Shown here: piece after piece, positions 32,135-42,791 of the stretch
Layout of the letters: each line of letters opens with the position of its first letter
Position numbering within the stretch: position 1 is the stretch's first letter
DNA from: Flavobacterium sp.
Lineage (GTDB): Bacteria > Bacteroidota > Bacteroidia > Flavobacteriales > Flavobacteriaceae
Reading direction: 5' to 3'
Assembly: GCA_012837155.1 (NCBI GenBank)
Contig: CP051546.1
Location: forward strand, 897,404-961,403
DNA length: 64,000 nucleotides
Program-made: the position numbers and the translations under genes
The notes under the pieces: generated by a model
What the model was told of the DNA's origin: nothing
The model's database searches: none
The model's input: only the letters and a program-made list of their open reading frames with translations

Positions 32135-33925
32135 ATGTCAGCAGAAGTTCTCGATAACGGACACGAACACGAACACCACCATAAAGACACTTTTATTACT
32201 AAATATATTTTTAGTATAGATCACAAAATGATTGCCAAACAATACTTGATTACAGGAATTGTTATGGGTGTTGTTGGTGTGATGATGTCAATGCTTTTCA
32301 GAATGCAATTGGCTTGGCCTGAACAATCATTCAAAATATTTAATGTATTATTAGGTGATAAATTTGCTCCAAATGGAGTAATGGCAAATGATATTTATTT
32401 AGCATTGGTTACCATTCACGGAACCATAATGGTTTTCTTTGTTTTAACAGCCGGATTAAGCGGAACTTTCAGTAATTTGTTGATTCCACTTCAAATTGGT
32501 GCACGAGATATGGCATCTGGATTTTTAAATATGATTTCCTATTGGTTGTTCTTTTTATCTAGCGTTGTGATGCTTAGCTCTTTGTTTGTCGAAGCTGGGC
32601 CAGCATCGGCAGGATGGACAATTTATCCGCCATTAAGTGCTTTACCACAGGCAATTCCAGGTTCTGGAGCGGGGATGACACTTTGGTTGGTTTCTATGGC
32701 ATTATTTATTGCGGCTTCCCTAATGGGGTCTTTAAATTATATTGTAACGGTTATCAATCTTAGAACAAAAGGAATGTCCATGACACGATTGCCTCTTACT
32801 ATTTGGGCTTTCTTTATTACTGCAATTATCGGAGTTGTTTCTTTTCCTGTTTTATTATCAGCAGCATTATTATTAATTTTTGACAGAAGTTTCGGAACGT
32901 CATTCTTCCTTTCGGATATTTATATCGCTGGAGAAGTATTGCATTATCAAGGAGGTTCGCCAGTATTGTTCGAGCATTTATTTTGGTTCTTAGGACATCC
33001 CGAAGTGTATATTGTAATTTTACCTGCTTTAGGAATTACTTCCGAAATTATTGCAACCAACTCTCGTAAACCAATTTTTGGTTACAGAGCGATGATTATG
33101 TCTATAATGGCAATTGCTTTCTTATCGACTATTGTTTGGGGACATCACATGTTTATTTCTGGAATGAACCCGTTCTTGGGTTCGGTCTTTACTTTTACCA
33201 CCTTGTTAATTGCGATTCCATCGGCAGTAAAAGCCTTTAATTATATCACAACACTTTGGAAAGGGAACTTGCAACTAAATCCTGCCATGTTATTTTCTAT
33301 TGGTTTGGTTTCAACATTTATAACGGGAGGATTAACAGGGATTATTCTGGGAGATTCTACTTTAGATATTAATGTTCACGATACTTACTTCGTTGTGGCG
33401 CACTTTCACTTGGTAATGGGTATATCTGCTCTTTACGGAATGTTCGCAGGTATTTACCATTGGTTTCCAAAAATGTTTGGAAGAATGCTAAATAAAAACC
33501 TTGGATATGTACACTTTTGGGTAACTGCGGTTTGTGCTTATGGGGTATTTTTCCCGATGCATTTCATTGGTTTAGCAGGTTTGCCAAGACGTTATTATAC
33601 GAATACTAACTTTCCATTATTTGACGATTTACAAAACGTAAACGTGCTAATCACTACTTTTGCCTTGATTGGTGGTGCTTTCCAATTGGTATTCTTGTAT
33701 AATTTCTTTAGCAGTATTTTCTATGGAAAGAAAACAGTTCAAAACCCTTGGAAATCTAATACCTTAGAATGGACAGCTCCTATTGAACATATTCACGGAA
33801 ACTGGCCAGGTGAAATTCCAGAAGTACACCGTTGGCCTTACGATTACAGCAATCCTGCTCATGAGGAGGATTTTGTGCCGCAAAATGTTCCAATGAAAGA
33901 AGGCGAAGAAGTTCTTCATCATTAA
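32135..33925 (+). CDS. coxA: Cytochrome c oxidase subunit I (A1 type)
   Basis: GHPEVY, WGHH, HDTYFVVAHFH. Confidence 0.96.
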   Translation: MSAEVLDNGHEHEHHHKDTFITKYIFSIDHKMIAKQYLITGIVMGVVGVMMSMLFRMQLAWPEQSFKIFNVLLGDKFAPNGVMANDIYLALVTIHGTIMVFFVLTAGLSGTFSNLLIPLQIGARDMASGFLNMISYWLFFLSSVVMLSSLFVEAGPASAGWTIYPPLSALPQAIPGSGAGMTLWLVSMALFIAASLMGSLNYIVTVINLRTKGMSMTRLPLTIWAFFITAIIGVVSFPVLLSAALLLIFDRSFGTSFFLSDIYIAGEVLHYQGGSPVLFEHLFWFLGHPEVYIVILPALGITSEIIATNSRKPIFGYRAMIMSIMAIAFLSTIVWGHHMFISGMNPFLGSVFTFTTLLIAIPSAVKAFNYITTLWKGNLQLNPAMLFSIGLVSTFITGGLTGIILGDSTLDINVHDTYFVVAHFHLVMGISALYGMFAGIYHWFPKMFGRMLNKNLGYVHFWVTAVCAYGVFFPMHFIGLAGLPRRYYTNTNFPLFDDLQNVNVLITTFALIGGAFQLVFLYNFFSSIFYGKKTVQNPWKSNTLEWTAPIEHIHGNWPGEIPEVHRWPYDYSNPAHEEDFVPQNVPMKEGEEVLHH

Positions 33926-33945
33926 AAAAAATTAGCCAAATATAT

Positions 33946-33976
33946 AAAAATGCCTTTCCTGTCGAAAGGCATTTTT
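33946..33976 (+). terminator. Intrinsic terminator of act-cox operon
   Basis: AAAAATGCCTTTC...GAAAGGCATTTTT. Confidence 0.8.
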
Positions 33977-34006
33977 ATTTGCTTCTAACTTTGTTATATT
34001 TGTAGA

Positions 34007-35029
34007 ATGAATGAAAATTTAGACCCAACCGCCAACGGATACAATCCAGAAGAACTCGATCTCGATAAAAAATTGAGACCGCTTTCGTTTGATGATTTTG
34101 CAGGTCAGGAACAAATACTGGAAAATCTAAAGGTTTTTGTTCAAGCGGCAAATCAAAGAAATGAAGCACTTGATCATGCACTATTTCACGGTCCTCCAGG
34201 ATTAGGAAAAACTACTTTGGCAAATATTTTGGCTAATGAATTGCAAGTGGGTATCAAAATTACTTCTGGTCCAGTCCTTGACAAACCTGGGGATTTGGCT
34301 GGTTTGTTGACCAATCTCGAAGAAAGAGACGTCCTGTTTATAGACGAAATCCATAGATTAAGCCCAATTGTGGAAGAATATTTGTATTCGGCAATGGAGG
34401 ATTTCAAGATAGATATTATGATTGAATCAGGGCCTAATGCCAGGACGGTTCAAATTAATTTGAATCCGTTTACACTTATTGGTGCCACCACGCGTTCGGG
34501 TTTATTAACCGCTCCGATGCGCGCCCGTTTCGGAATTTCATCGCGATTACAATATTATACCACAGAACTTTTGACGACAATTGTCGAACGAAGTGCCGAT
34601 ATATTAAAAATGCCAATTTTTTTAGAAGCAGCCATTGAAATTGCTGGGCGCAGCCGAGGAACACCGCGTATTGCTAATGCCTTATTGCGTCGTGTGCGCG
34701 ACTTTGCACAAATAAAAGGAAACGGAACAATCGATATTGAAATCGCTCGGTATGCACTAAAAGCATTAAATGTTGATGCGCATGGTTTGGATGAAATGGA
34801 CAATAAAATCTTAAATACCATCATCGATAAATTTAAAGGTGGTCCCGTTGGGTTGTCTACTTTGGCGACAGCCGTATCCGAAAGTAGCGAAACGATAGAA
34901 GAAGTTTATGAACCTTTTTTAATTCAAGAAGGTTTCATTATGCGAACACCACGAGGACGAGAAGTAACTGAGAAAGCATACAAACATCTCGGAAAAGTGA
35001 AAACTAATATTCAAGGTGGATTATTTTAA
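34007..35029 (+). CDS. ruvB: Holliday junction branch migration helicase RuvB
   Basis: [32 protein letters not shown]. Confidence 0.98.
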   Translation: MNENLDPTANGYNPEELDLDKKLRPLSFDDFAGQEQILENLKVFVQAANQRNEALDHALFHGPPGLGKTTLANILANELQVGIKITSGPVLDKPGDLAGLLTNLEERDVLFIDEIHRLSPIVEEYLYSAMEDFKIDIMIESGPNARTVQINLNPFTLIGATTRSGLLTAPMRARFGISSRLQYYTTELLTTIVERSADILKMPIFLEAAIEIAGRSRGTPRIANALLRRVRDFAQIKGNGTIDIEIARYALKALNVDAHGLDEMDNKILNTIIDKFKGGPVGLSTLATAVSESSETIEEVYEPFLIQEGFIMRTPRGREVTEKAYKHLGKVKTNIQGGLF

Positions 35030-35031
35030 TT

Positions 35032-35955
35032 TTGATAAACAATAAAGAAAAATACACACAATTTATAAAAGCCGAATCTAAAAGACTCGGCTTTTTGTCT
35101 TGTGGCATATCTAAAGCTGGATTTCTAGAAGAAGAAGCGCCCCGATTGGAAAGTTGGCTAAACAAGCAAATGAACGGTCAAATGTCCTATATGGAAAATA
35201 ATTTTGACAAAAGATTAAATCCAACTTTGTTGGTCGATGATGCTAAAAGTGTGGTTTCGCTTTTGTTAAATTATTATCCTTCGGAGTTTCAAAATCAAGA
35301 TTCTTATAAAATTTCGAAATATGCTTACGGACAGGATTACCATTTTGTCATTAAGGAAAAACTCAAAGAATTGCTTTTCTCTATTCAATCAACAATTGGT
35401 GAAGTTTCGGGAAGGGCTTTTGTAGATTCGGCTCCAGTTTTAGACAAAGCTTGGGCGGCCAAAAGTGGTTTGGGATGGATTGGTAAAAACAGCAACATGA
35501 TAACCCAAAAAGTAGGTTCTTTTTATTTTATAGCCGAATTAATTATCGATTTAGATTTAGAATACGATCACGCCACAACGGATCATTGTGGTTCTTGTAC
35601 GGCTTGCATTGATGCTTGTCCAACAGAGGCTATTGTAGCACCTTATGTGGTTGATGGCAGCAAGTGTATTTCTTATTTTACTATTGAATTGAAAGATAAT
35701 ATACCTTTAGAGATGAAAGGAAAGTTCCGTGATTGGGCTTTTGGTTGCGACATTTGTCAAGATGTTTGCCCTTGGAACAGATTCTCGAAAGCACATAAAG
35801 AACCCCTTTTTGCGTCTAATCCAGAGTTGCTTTCTATGTCTAAAAAGGATTGGCAGGAAATTACCGAAGAAACTTTCAAAAAGGTTTTTAAAAACACGCC
35901 TTTGAAAAGAGCCAAGTTTGAAGGCTTGAAGCGGAATATAGAACTTTTAAAATAA
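35032..35955 (+). CDS. queG: tRNA epoxyqueuosine reductase
   Basis: [39 protein letters not shown]. Confidence 0.95.
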   Translation: MINNKEKYTQFIKAESKRLGFLSCGISKAGFLEEEAPRLESWLNKQMNGQMSYMENNFDKRLNPTLLVDDAKSVVSLLLNYYPSEFQNQDSYKISKYAYGQDYHFVIKEKLKELLFSIQSTIGEVSGRAFVDSAPVLDKAWAAKSGLGWIGKNSNMITQKVGSFYFIAELIIDLDLEYDHATTDHCGSCTACIDACPTEAIVAPYVVDGSKCISYFTIELKDNIPLEMKGKFRDWAFGCDICQDVCPWNRFSKAHKEPLFASNPELLSMSKKDWQEITEETFKKVFKNTPLKRAKFEGLKRNIELLK

Positions 35956-36217
35956 TTTTTAGAGGGTATTCATTTGTTGTTTTTAAGAGGATTACTTTTT
36001 TTTTTTTTTTTTGAAAATCCACAGTTTATTGCTTTAATGGTCAAGTTTTAAAAAATATTTTTTGACTAAAAAAGCAACAATGTCGTCTATTATCATAAAA
36101 CACCTAAGTAAGGTGTTTTTTTATTCAAAAAAATATTCCAAAAAAATCGATATTTGTATATTATTCGATAAATTTAGTCCCTGAGAGAATAATGTTCAGG
36201 TATTTAAACAAAGACAA

Positions 36218-37147
36218 ATGAAAAAAAACGTTACTTTATTCGTTTTTATGCTTCTATCGGGTGTAGGTTATGCACAACAAGATGCACAGTTTACCCAGTA
36301 TATGTATAACACGATTGTTGTCAATCCTGCCTATGCTGGTTCAAGAGAAGCGATGAGTATATTAGCCTTGCACAGGACACAATGGTTGGGGCTTGATGGG
36401 GCTCCTGTAACTAATACCTTTTCAATTCATACACCCATCAATGGAACTAATGTTGGTTTGGGGCTGTCGGTTGTTAATGATAGGATAGGACCATCAACTG
36501 AAAATAATATTGCTGTGGATTTTTCTTATACTATTCCAATGTCGGACAACTATAAATTGTCATTTGGTTTAAAGGCAAGTGCTAATTTGTTGAATGTAGA
36601 TTACTCAAAATTTATCACTTATAATCCAAGCGATCCCAGGTTTCAAGATAACATAGACAATAAATTTTCTCCAAACATAGGAGTTGGGGTGTATTTGCAT
36701 TCTGATAAGACCTATTTTGGGTTGTCTGCACCTAATCTATTAGAAACAAAACATTTTGATGGAACAACAAGCCATACTGCCTCAAGTTTTATTTCTAGGC
36801 AACTTTTGCATTATTATTTTATAGTTGGACATGTATTTGATTTGAATGAAGGGGTAAAATTCAAACCGTCAGTACTTGCCAAAATGGTTAAAGGAGCTCC
36901 GTTACAAGTAGATTTGTCAGGAAATTTTTTGATAAATCAGAAGTTTACGGCAGGCGTTTCTTATAGATGGGATGCGGCGGTAAGTGCTTTGGTTGGATTT
37001 CAAATTGATGGCTCTTGGTTTATAGGTTATTCTTATGATTTCGAAACCACAAAATTAGCAAATTACAACTCGGGTTCTCATGAGTTATTTTTGCGCTATG
37101 AATTGTTCAAAAAAAATAATCGAATAATATCCCCAAGATTCTTTTAA
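36218..37147 (+). CDS. PorP/SprF-family T9SS membrane protein
   Basis: QQDAQFTQYMYN...NPAYAG, GSHE, C-terminal SPRFF. Confidence 0.92.
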   Translation: MKKNVTLFVFMLLSGVGYAQQDAQFTQYMYNTIVVNPAYAGSREAMSILALHRTQWLGLDGAPVTNTFSIHTPINGTNVGLGLSVVNDRIGPSTENNIAVDFSYTIPMSDNYKLSFGLKASANLLNVDYSKFITYNPSDPRFQDNIDNKFSPNIGVGVYLHSDKTYFGLSAPNLLETKHFDGTTSHTASSFISRQLLHYYFIVGHVFDLNEGVKFKPSVLAKMVKGAPLQVDLSGNFLINQKFTAGVSYRWDAAVSALVGFQIDGSWFIGYSYDFETTKLANYNSGSHELFLRYELFKKNNRIISPRFF

Positions 37148-37158
37148 TTCCGCCAATT

Positions 37159-39099
37159 ATGAAAACTAAAAATATATTTTACAGTATGCTTTTGTGTCTA
37201 TTTTTTTTACAAGGATATTCACAAAAAGCTAAAGTTGCTGCCGCTGATAAACAATACAAAAACTACGCTTATATTGATGCAATTGCAACTTATGAGCGGG
37301 TAGCCGAAAAAGGATATAAAGAAGAAAAGATGTTTCAAAACCTAGGAAACGCCTATTATTTCAATGCGGAATTAGAAAAAGCATCAAAATGGTATGCGGA
37401 ACTTTTTGCGATGAACCCAAATCAGGATTTAGAATATTGTTACAGATACTCTCAGGCTTTAAAGGCAACAGGCGATTATGTGAAGGCCGATAAAATGATG
37501 CAACAATTCAATACCAAATCTGGAAAGGATCTTAGAGGTAAATTATTTGTAGACCATAAGAATTATCTCGAAGAAATCAAGGCTAATTCTGGACGTTACA
37601 AAATTGCCGATGCGGGAATCAATTCGGAATACTCAGATTATGGAAGCTCATTCTTAGGAAATCATTTAGTGTTTGCCTCAGCTCGCGATACGGGTAGTGT
37701 ATCTAAAAGAGTTTTCGCTTGGACAAATCAATCTTTTACCAATTTTTATAGTTCTGATTTGCAATCAGATGGTTTGTTAAGTGAGCCAAAACGTTTTGGT
37801 AATAAGATAAATTCAAAATTCCACGAAGCTTCGGCAGTTTTTACCAAAGATGGAAAAACAATGTATTTTACCAGGAACAACTTTTTGGACGGAAAAAAAG
37901 GAGCTGATGATCAAAAAATCACTTTATTGAAACTGTATAAAGCGACTTTTGAGGATAATAGTTGGGGTAATGTAACTCCATTGCCATTTAGTAACGATCA
38001 GTATAGTACGGCGCATCCAGCACTTAGTTTAGATGAAAAAACATTGTATTTTGCATCGGATATGCCGGGAACACTCGGTCAGTCAGATTTGTTTAAAGTA
38101 GCAATAAACGAAGAAGGGGGTTTTGGTATTCCAGAAAATTTGGGGGCTACAATTAATACAGAAGGAAGAGAAACTTTTCCTTTTGTTAGTGGCGACAACG
38201 AATTGTATTTTGCTAGTGATGGTCGACCAGGACTGGGCGGATTAGATGTGTTTGTCGCTAAAATGGGAGAAAACGCTAACTTTAATAATGTGCAAAATGT
38301 TGGGGCTCCAGTAAATAGTTCTCAAGATGATTTTGCCTTTATGATAGACAGCAAAAGTCGAAATGGATTTTTTACTTCAAATAGAATTGGAGGTTTGGGA
38401 TACGATGATATTTACAAATTGACCGAAATAAAAAAATTAGATTGTGAACAACTGTTGTTTGGAATCATAACAGATAGAGAAACCCATTCCATTCTTTCAG
38501 GAGTAAAAGCAGGATTATTTGACGAAAAATTCAAATTCCTGCAGCAATGTTTGTCTGATGAAAATGGGAAATATATTTTTGAGGTAACATGCGGTAAGAC
38601 TTATTATATGCGGGTCGAAAAAGGAGGCTATGAAACTAGAGAGGCAAAAGTTAGTATTGAAAATGCTAATGGAGAAACAGATTTTCCGCTGACTTTAGAA
38701 AAACGTATCAAACCAGTAGTGGTGGGAACTGATTTGGCTAAAACAGTTAACATTCCGAGTATTTATTTTGATCTAGACAAATCGGATATACGAGACGACG
38801 CAGCATTCGAACTTGAAAAAATAGTAGCTATAATGAATCAATATCCAACGATGAAAGTCGAGGTGCGCTCGCATACCGACAGTCGCTCGTCGGCTGCATA
38901 TAACGAAAAATTGTCTAGTCGCAGAGCTAAATCTACGATGGAATGGTTAATTAAAAACGGAATACACGCCAGTCGATTAAAAAGCAAAGGATATGGAGAA
39001 ACACAATTAATTAATCTATGTTCTGATGGGGTTGAGTGTACAGAAGCCGAGCATCAAGCCAACAGACGTAGCGAATTTATTGTTATTTCGATGGAATAA
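37159..39099 (+). CDS. OmpA-family protein (TPR + PD40 + CarboxypepD-like + OmpA; PorE-like)
   Basis: YFASDMPG and GGLD PD40 repeats, IYFDLDK, HTDSR, LSSRRA, NRRSEF. Confidence 0.9.
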   Translation: MKTKNIFYSMLLCLFFLQGYSQKAKVAAADKQYKNYAYIDAIATYERVAEKGYKEEKMFQNLGNAYYFNAELEKASKWYAELFAMNPNQDLEYCYRYSQALKATGDYVKADKMMQQFNTKSGKDLRGKLFVDHKNYLEEIKANSGRYKIADAGINSEYSDYGSSFLGNHLVFASARDTGSVSKRVFAWTNQSFTNFYSSDLQSDGLLSEPKRFGNKINSKFHEASAVFTKDGKTMYFTRNNFLDGKKGADDQKITLLKLYKATFEDNSWGNVTPLPFSNDQYSTAHPALSLDEKTLYFASDMPGTLGQSDLFKVAINEEGGFGIPENLGATINTEGRETFPFVSGDNELYFASDGRPGLGGLDVFVAKMGENANFNNVQNVGAPVNSSQDDFAFMIDSKSRNGFFTSNRIGGLGYDDIYKLTEIKKLDCEQLLFGIITDRETHSILSGVKAGLFDEKFKFLQQCLSDENGKYIFEVTCGKTYYMRVEKGGYETREAKVSIENANGETDFPLTLEKRIKPVVVGTDLAKTVNIPSIYFDLDKSDIRDDAAFELEKIVAIMNQYPTMKVEVRSHTDSRSSAAYNEKLSSRRAKSTMEWLIKNGIHASRLKSKGYGETQLINLCSDGVECTEAEHQANRRSEFIVISME

Positions 39100-39296
39100 T
39101 TTTTAAAAACGATCTTTTTTTAAAGAACCCATTAGCGATTCCTTTTGTGCTTTTCGAGCGACTATTTGTCATTGATTCAGTACTTTATTAAGAAAGAGAA
39201 TTTCATAAATTCATTTAGATTCAAAATAAATTTCTACAAAGGTGTCGCTTGTTTGATGTTTTTTTTTATTTTTATAGTGAATTAAATTTATCTATC

Positions 39297-39722
39297 ATGA
39301 CGGTCAATCAAATATTAAGCACAAAAGGAAAAGAAGTTTTTTCGGTACTGTCAACCATAACGGTATATGAAGCTTTAGGAGTAATGAGCGAAAAAAATAT
39401 TGGAGCTATTTTAATAATAGAAGACTATGTTTTGAAAGGAATTTTGTCTGAAAGAGATTATGCTAGAAAAATAGCTTTGAAAGCTAAATCTTCTAAAAAG
39501 ACTTTGGTTCATGAAATCATGGAAAAAGAGGTAATTACCGTAAAACCAACAGACAATCTCGACTATTGTATGGAATTGATGAATACAAAAAGAGTGCGGC
39601 ATTTACCAGTTTCCGAGAACAATAAAATTATCGGAATTATATCGATAAGCGATGTTGTAAAAGCGATAATCGAAATGCAGAAAAACACCATTAAGCATTT
39701 AGATTCCTATATTTCGCAATAA
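39297..39722 (+). CDS. CBS-domain protein
   Basis: GILSERDY, VRHLPV, GIISISD. ATG 39297 preferred. Confidence 0.9.
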   Translation: MTVNQILSTKGKEVFSVLSTITVYEALGVMSEKNIGAILIIEDYVLKGILSERDYARKIALKAKSSKKTLVHEIMEKEVITVKPTDNLDYCMELMNTKRVRHLPVSENNKIIGIISISDVVKAIIEMQKNTIKHLDSYISQ

Positions 39723-39746
39723 AGACAAAAAATAGTCATTATCTTC

Positions 39747-39774
39747 AATAGCTGCATTATGTGCAGCTATTTTT
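39747..39774 (+). terminator. Intrinsic terminator
   Basis: AATAGCTGCA...TGCAGCTATTTTT. Confidence 0.7.
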
Positions 39775-39791
39775 ATTATAGAATGCGGTAG

Positions 39792-40061
39792 CAGGGCGGG
39801 GCTTTTGAATCATTCCATAAGGTCGCATTGAGCAATCGAAAATAATTTGCATTGGAATTTGGATGTAATTTTCAAAGAAGACCATCAAGAAAAGGGCAAT
39901 CAAACGGCAATAGAAAATTCAAATTTAATTGCAAAATTTGCAATCACGATGCTCGACCAAGAAAAAACCTATCCAAAATCGAAAAATAGAAAACGACAGA
40001 AAGTCTTTGGTAGTGATGCTTACAGAGAATTAATATTGCAAGTTTAAAAGCGAATACCCTG
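39792..40061 (+). mobile_element. Internally deleted ISAs1-family remnant (different from the three full copies)
   Basis: Encodes only the transposase C-terminus (IENNLHWNLDVIFKED...). Imperfect ends CAGGGCGGGGCTTTTGAA / TTTAAAAGCGAATACCCTG. No clear TSD. Confidence 0.65.
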
Positions 40062-40130
40062 GTAAATAACAGCGTTGCTCTATGGTAGTACCGACTTCGA
40101 AACAATAATAAAAAACGGCATCATCGTTTT

Positions 40131-40250
40131 GTGACCAAAAAAATATTTTAAAAAAAACAATCACAAACATGTGACAAAATATCATTTTTTGAAAAAAATA
40201 GCACAACTTTGTGACAAACAAATATTTTTCGAAAAAAATAGCACAAGATG
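40131..40250. repeat. Three tandem units of exactly 40 bp upstream of XRE gene
   Basis: Units start GTGAC at 40131, 40171 and 40211. Each has an AT-rich core and (T/G)CACAA near its end. Confidence 0.85.
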
Positions 40251-40362
40251 CCATGAACACTAGTGAACAGGAGAGGTAAACGCCTATGGCAATTATCGTT
40301 GGCATAGGGATTTGATTAAGGGTATTCCATCTTCCAATAAAAAAAACAATAACGATAACCAG

Positions 40363-40866
40363 ATGAAAGCAGCACAATTATTTAGAGATCAACTCGGACT
40401 TTCCCAAGAATTGATGGCACAATATTTAGGCGTAACCAGAAGCCAGTTAGCAATGTACGAAGCAGGAAAACGCGAATTGTCAACTTCTGCATTGGCAAAA
40501 CTTGCCGAGATTGCCTTGTTCTTTGACCAAAAGAATGTTACGGAAAAAGAAGGCCACCAACTCCTAGAAAAGCAAGAATTGGAAGTAAAAGTATTCTTGA
40601 CTCGTCATATCAAAGAATTAGAATACAAGCAAATTAAAGAACAACGTTTGCTCGAGACCATTCAAAAAAAACACCATCAAAACCTGCAACTTCATTCGCT
40701 TGCACTGTATTTGCAAAAAAATAAAGTGATACAGGCTGAAGTACTGTTGCAACAAGCGATAGCAGGAATCGAAAAGAATGGGTTGGCAAGACAAGCCAAA
40801 CAAATGTTAAAGATTGAAAGTAGTAAGAGCCAGATGGTTTATAGTAACATTCTTAAAGAAAAGTAA
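40363..40866 (+). CDS. XRE-family HTH protein with coiled-coil C-terminus
   Basis: RDQLGLSQELMAQYLGVTRSQLAMYEAGKR. ATG 40363 preferred. Confidence 0.85.
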   Translation: MKAAQLFRDQLGLSQELMAQYLGVTRSQLAMYEAGKRELSTSALAKLAEIALFFDQKNVTEKEGHQLLEKQELEVKVFLTRHIKELEYKQIKEQRLLETIQKKHHQNLQLHSLALYLQKNKVIQAEVLLQQAIAGIEKNGLARQAKQMLKIESSKSQMVYSNILKEK

Positions 40867-40950
40867 ATAAAATACTAAATTTTTATTAATGAACACTAAA
40901 CAGAAATGAGGTAACGTTGATAAGTTATAGTAACTTTTAAATACTTTTTT

Positions 40951-41902
40951 AGGTATAGGCGTTTAGGTCGCAATAGATTATTTTTGCCAAATGGCAGATT
41001 CAAATATTTTCAGAGGAGTGAATTCGATAAAATTTAATCAACGATTTAAAGACGATAATGATTGTTTAGATTATCTTTCTCAAATAAAATGGGAAAATGG
41101 TTTTGTTTGTAAAAGATGTCAAAACGATAAATTTTGTAACGGTAAAAATCCATATAATAGAAGATGTACTAAATGTAGATATGATGAAAGTCCAACAACA
41201 GGGACTATGTTGGAAAAACTAAAATTTTCAATATTGATTGCGTTTCATATCGTCTTTAAAATAAGTACAAAGAAAAAAGGAATGTCTTCTTTGGAGTTGA
41301 GTTCCGAGTTTGAACTTCGACAAAAAACATGTTGGTCTTTTAAATTAAAGATACAACAAGCTATGAAAAGTAGTCTTAATTACCCATTAACAGGGACAAT
41401 TCACGTTGACGAGTTTATGGTTGGTGGTCCAGAAGAAGATAAAAGAGGCAGAAGTAAAGGATTAAAAAAGCTTATTGTTCTAGCTGTTGAAGTTTTAGAT
41501 GATGGAGTTGGTAGAGCTTATGCTGAAGTTATTGAGCATTCTTCTGCAAATGAATTAGGTGCTTTTCTGAGAAAATATATTTCAAAAGAAGCAACTATAA
41601 TTACAGATAAATGGAGGGGATATAGTCCACTAAAAAAAGAGTTTCCGAATCTAAAACAACTAGATTCTAATGATGGGAAAAACTTTAAAGAGTTACATAT
41701 TCATATAATGAACATCAAAGGTTGGCTCAGAGGAATACATCATCATTGTAGTAAAGAACATATACAAGATTATCTGAATGAATATCATTTTAGATACAAT
41801 AGAAGGTCAAATATGGATACAATATTCAATGTGTTGGTCAAAAGAATGGTCAAAAACGATAAAATATCAACAAAATCAAGTGTGGCTTAAACGCCTATAC
41901 CT
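40951..41902 (+). mobile_element. IS1595-family IS (transposase 40991-41890)
   Basis: TIR AGGTATAGGCGTTTA / TAAACGCCTATACCT, flanking direct repeat ATACTTTTTT. Zn ribbon (CKRC..CTKC), VDE, TDKWRGY, YLNEYHFRYNRR. Confidence 0.93.
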
Positions 41903-41912
41903 ATACTTTTTT

Positions 41913-42323
41913 ATGTCGTATTCAACTAGCAAAATCACAACGGTAGCCGATTGTGATTTATTACTGGCTTGGGCTGCAAAAGAAAAAGCAGACCTAAATT
42001 TTAAAAAACTTTCTGAAGAAAGATTGACCAACAATTACAGTACCGCCTCGATTGAGATTGATGCTGAATTACAATCAGTGCTTACTGAAATTACGGCGAC
42101 CGAAACTATTATTGCAGCTTTGCCCGCAGGCAATAGTAAGGACGATGCCGTAAAGAAAAAAGTAAGACTGGAGTACAAAAAGTTTTTACTCGAAAACCGA
42201 AAAGAAAGCTATGGTGTTGTAGCACTTTTAGAAAAAGAATTAGACTTGACGAAAGTTACTCTAGAGCTAACAGAGATTGATGCTTTTACAGATGCTATTA
42301 CCACTCGAAAAGCGGCATTGTAG
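41913..42323 (+). CDS. Hypothetical alpha-helical/coiled-coil protein
   Basis: 136-aa ORF from ATG 41913 (MSYSTSKITT), followed by a terminator. Confidence 0.7.
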   Translation: MSYSTSKITTVADCDLLLAWAAKEKADLNFKKLSEERLTNNYSTASIEIDAELQSVLTEITATETIIAALPAGNSKDDAVKKKVRLEYKKFLLENRKESYGVVALLEKELDLTKVTLELTEIDAFTDAITTRKAAL

Positions 42324-42363
42324 TTTTGTAACATCACAATTGTAAAAAGGTTGTCCGTAATGG

Positions 42364-42574
42364 GAGGGCACTGAAAAAGTCCCTCGAATAAGGAAAATGA
42401 AAATAACTAAAAAGGAGCGAAAACACAATGGTTTCGCTCCTTTTAGTTATTACAAACCCCTTGTAATCTAAGAAGATTAAATTTGACTAAAAAAAGACGA
42501 TTAAATAAAATCAAAGCCTTATTTAATCACTTTTTTTAATGATTTTTGAAAATAGGGACTTTTTCAGTGCCCTC
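42364..42574. mobile_element. 211-bp MITE with IS1182-like ends inserted in a terminator
   Basis: 21-bp perfect TIR GAGGGCACTGAAAAAGTCCCT, 8-bp TSD CGTAATGG (42356-42363 / 42575-42582), no ORF. Confidence 0.9.
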
Positions 42575-42791
42575 CGTAATGGGCAGCCTTTTTTTGTCAT
42601 TAAAAACAGTATTTATTGAATTTAAGTGATAGCTATGGTATACTGTTGCATTTTGAAATCTGATAAAACGATATAAGTCTTTGATTGTAAATAGACTTTA
42701 TTACTATTCATTCGTTTGACTTTATGACATTAAAACTTTCGACTTACTTATTTGCTAAGTTTTCAATTTTTTATCTTTTTAAAATACATTC

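Noticed and set aside
22659-33925. ACIII-aa3 operon as a novel system
   Set aside because: Well characterised in Flavobacterium johnsoniae; gene order is standard.
40131-40250. Possible CRISPR array
   Set aside because: Only three units, the variable parts are similar A/T tracts rather than unique spacers, and no cas genes are present.
40030-40377. 115-aa minus-strand hydrophobic ORF
   Set aside because: Translates the low-complexity 40-bp repeat array; no recognisable motif.
41778-41912. N-terminal extension of the 41778-42323 ORF
   Set aside because: Lies inside IS1595; the native ATG is at 41913.
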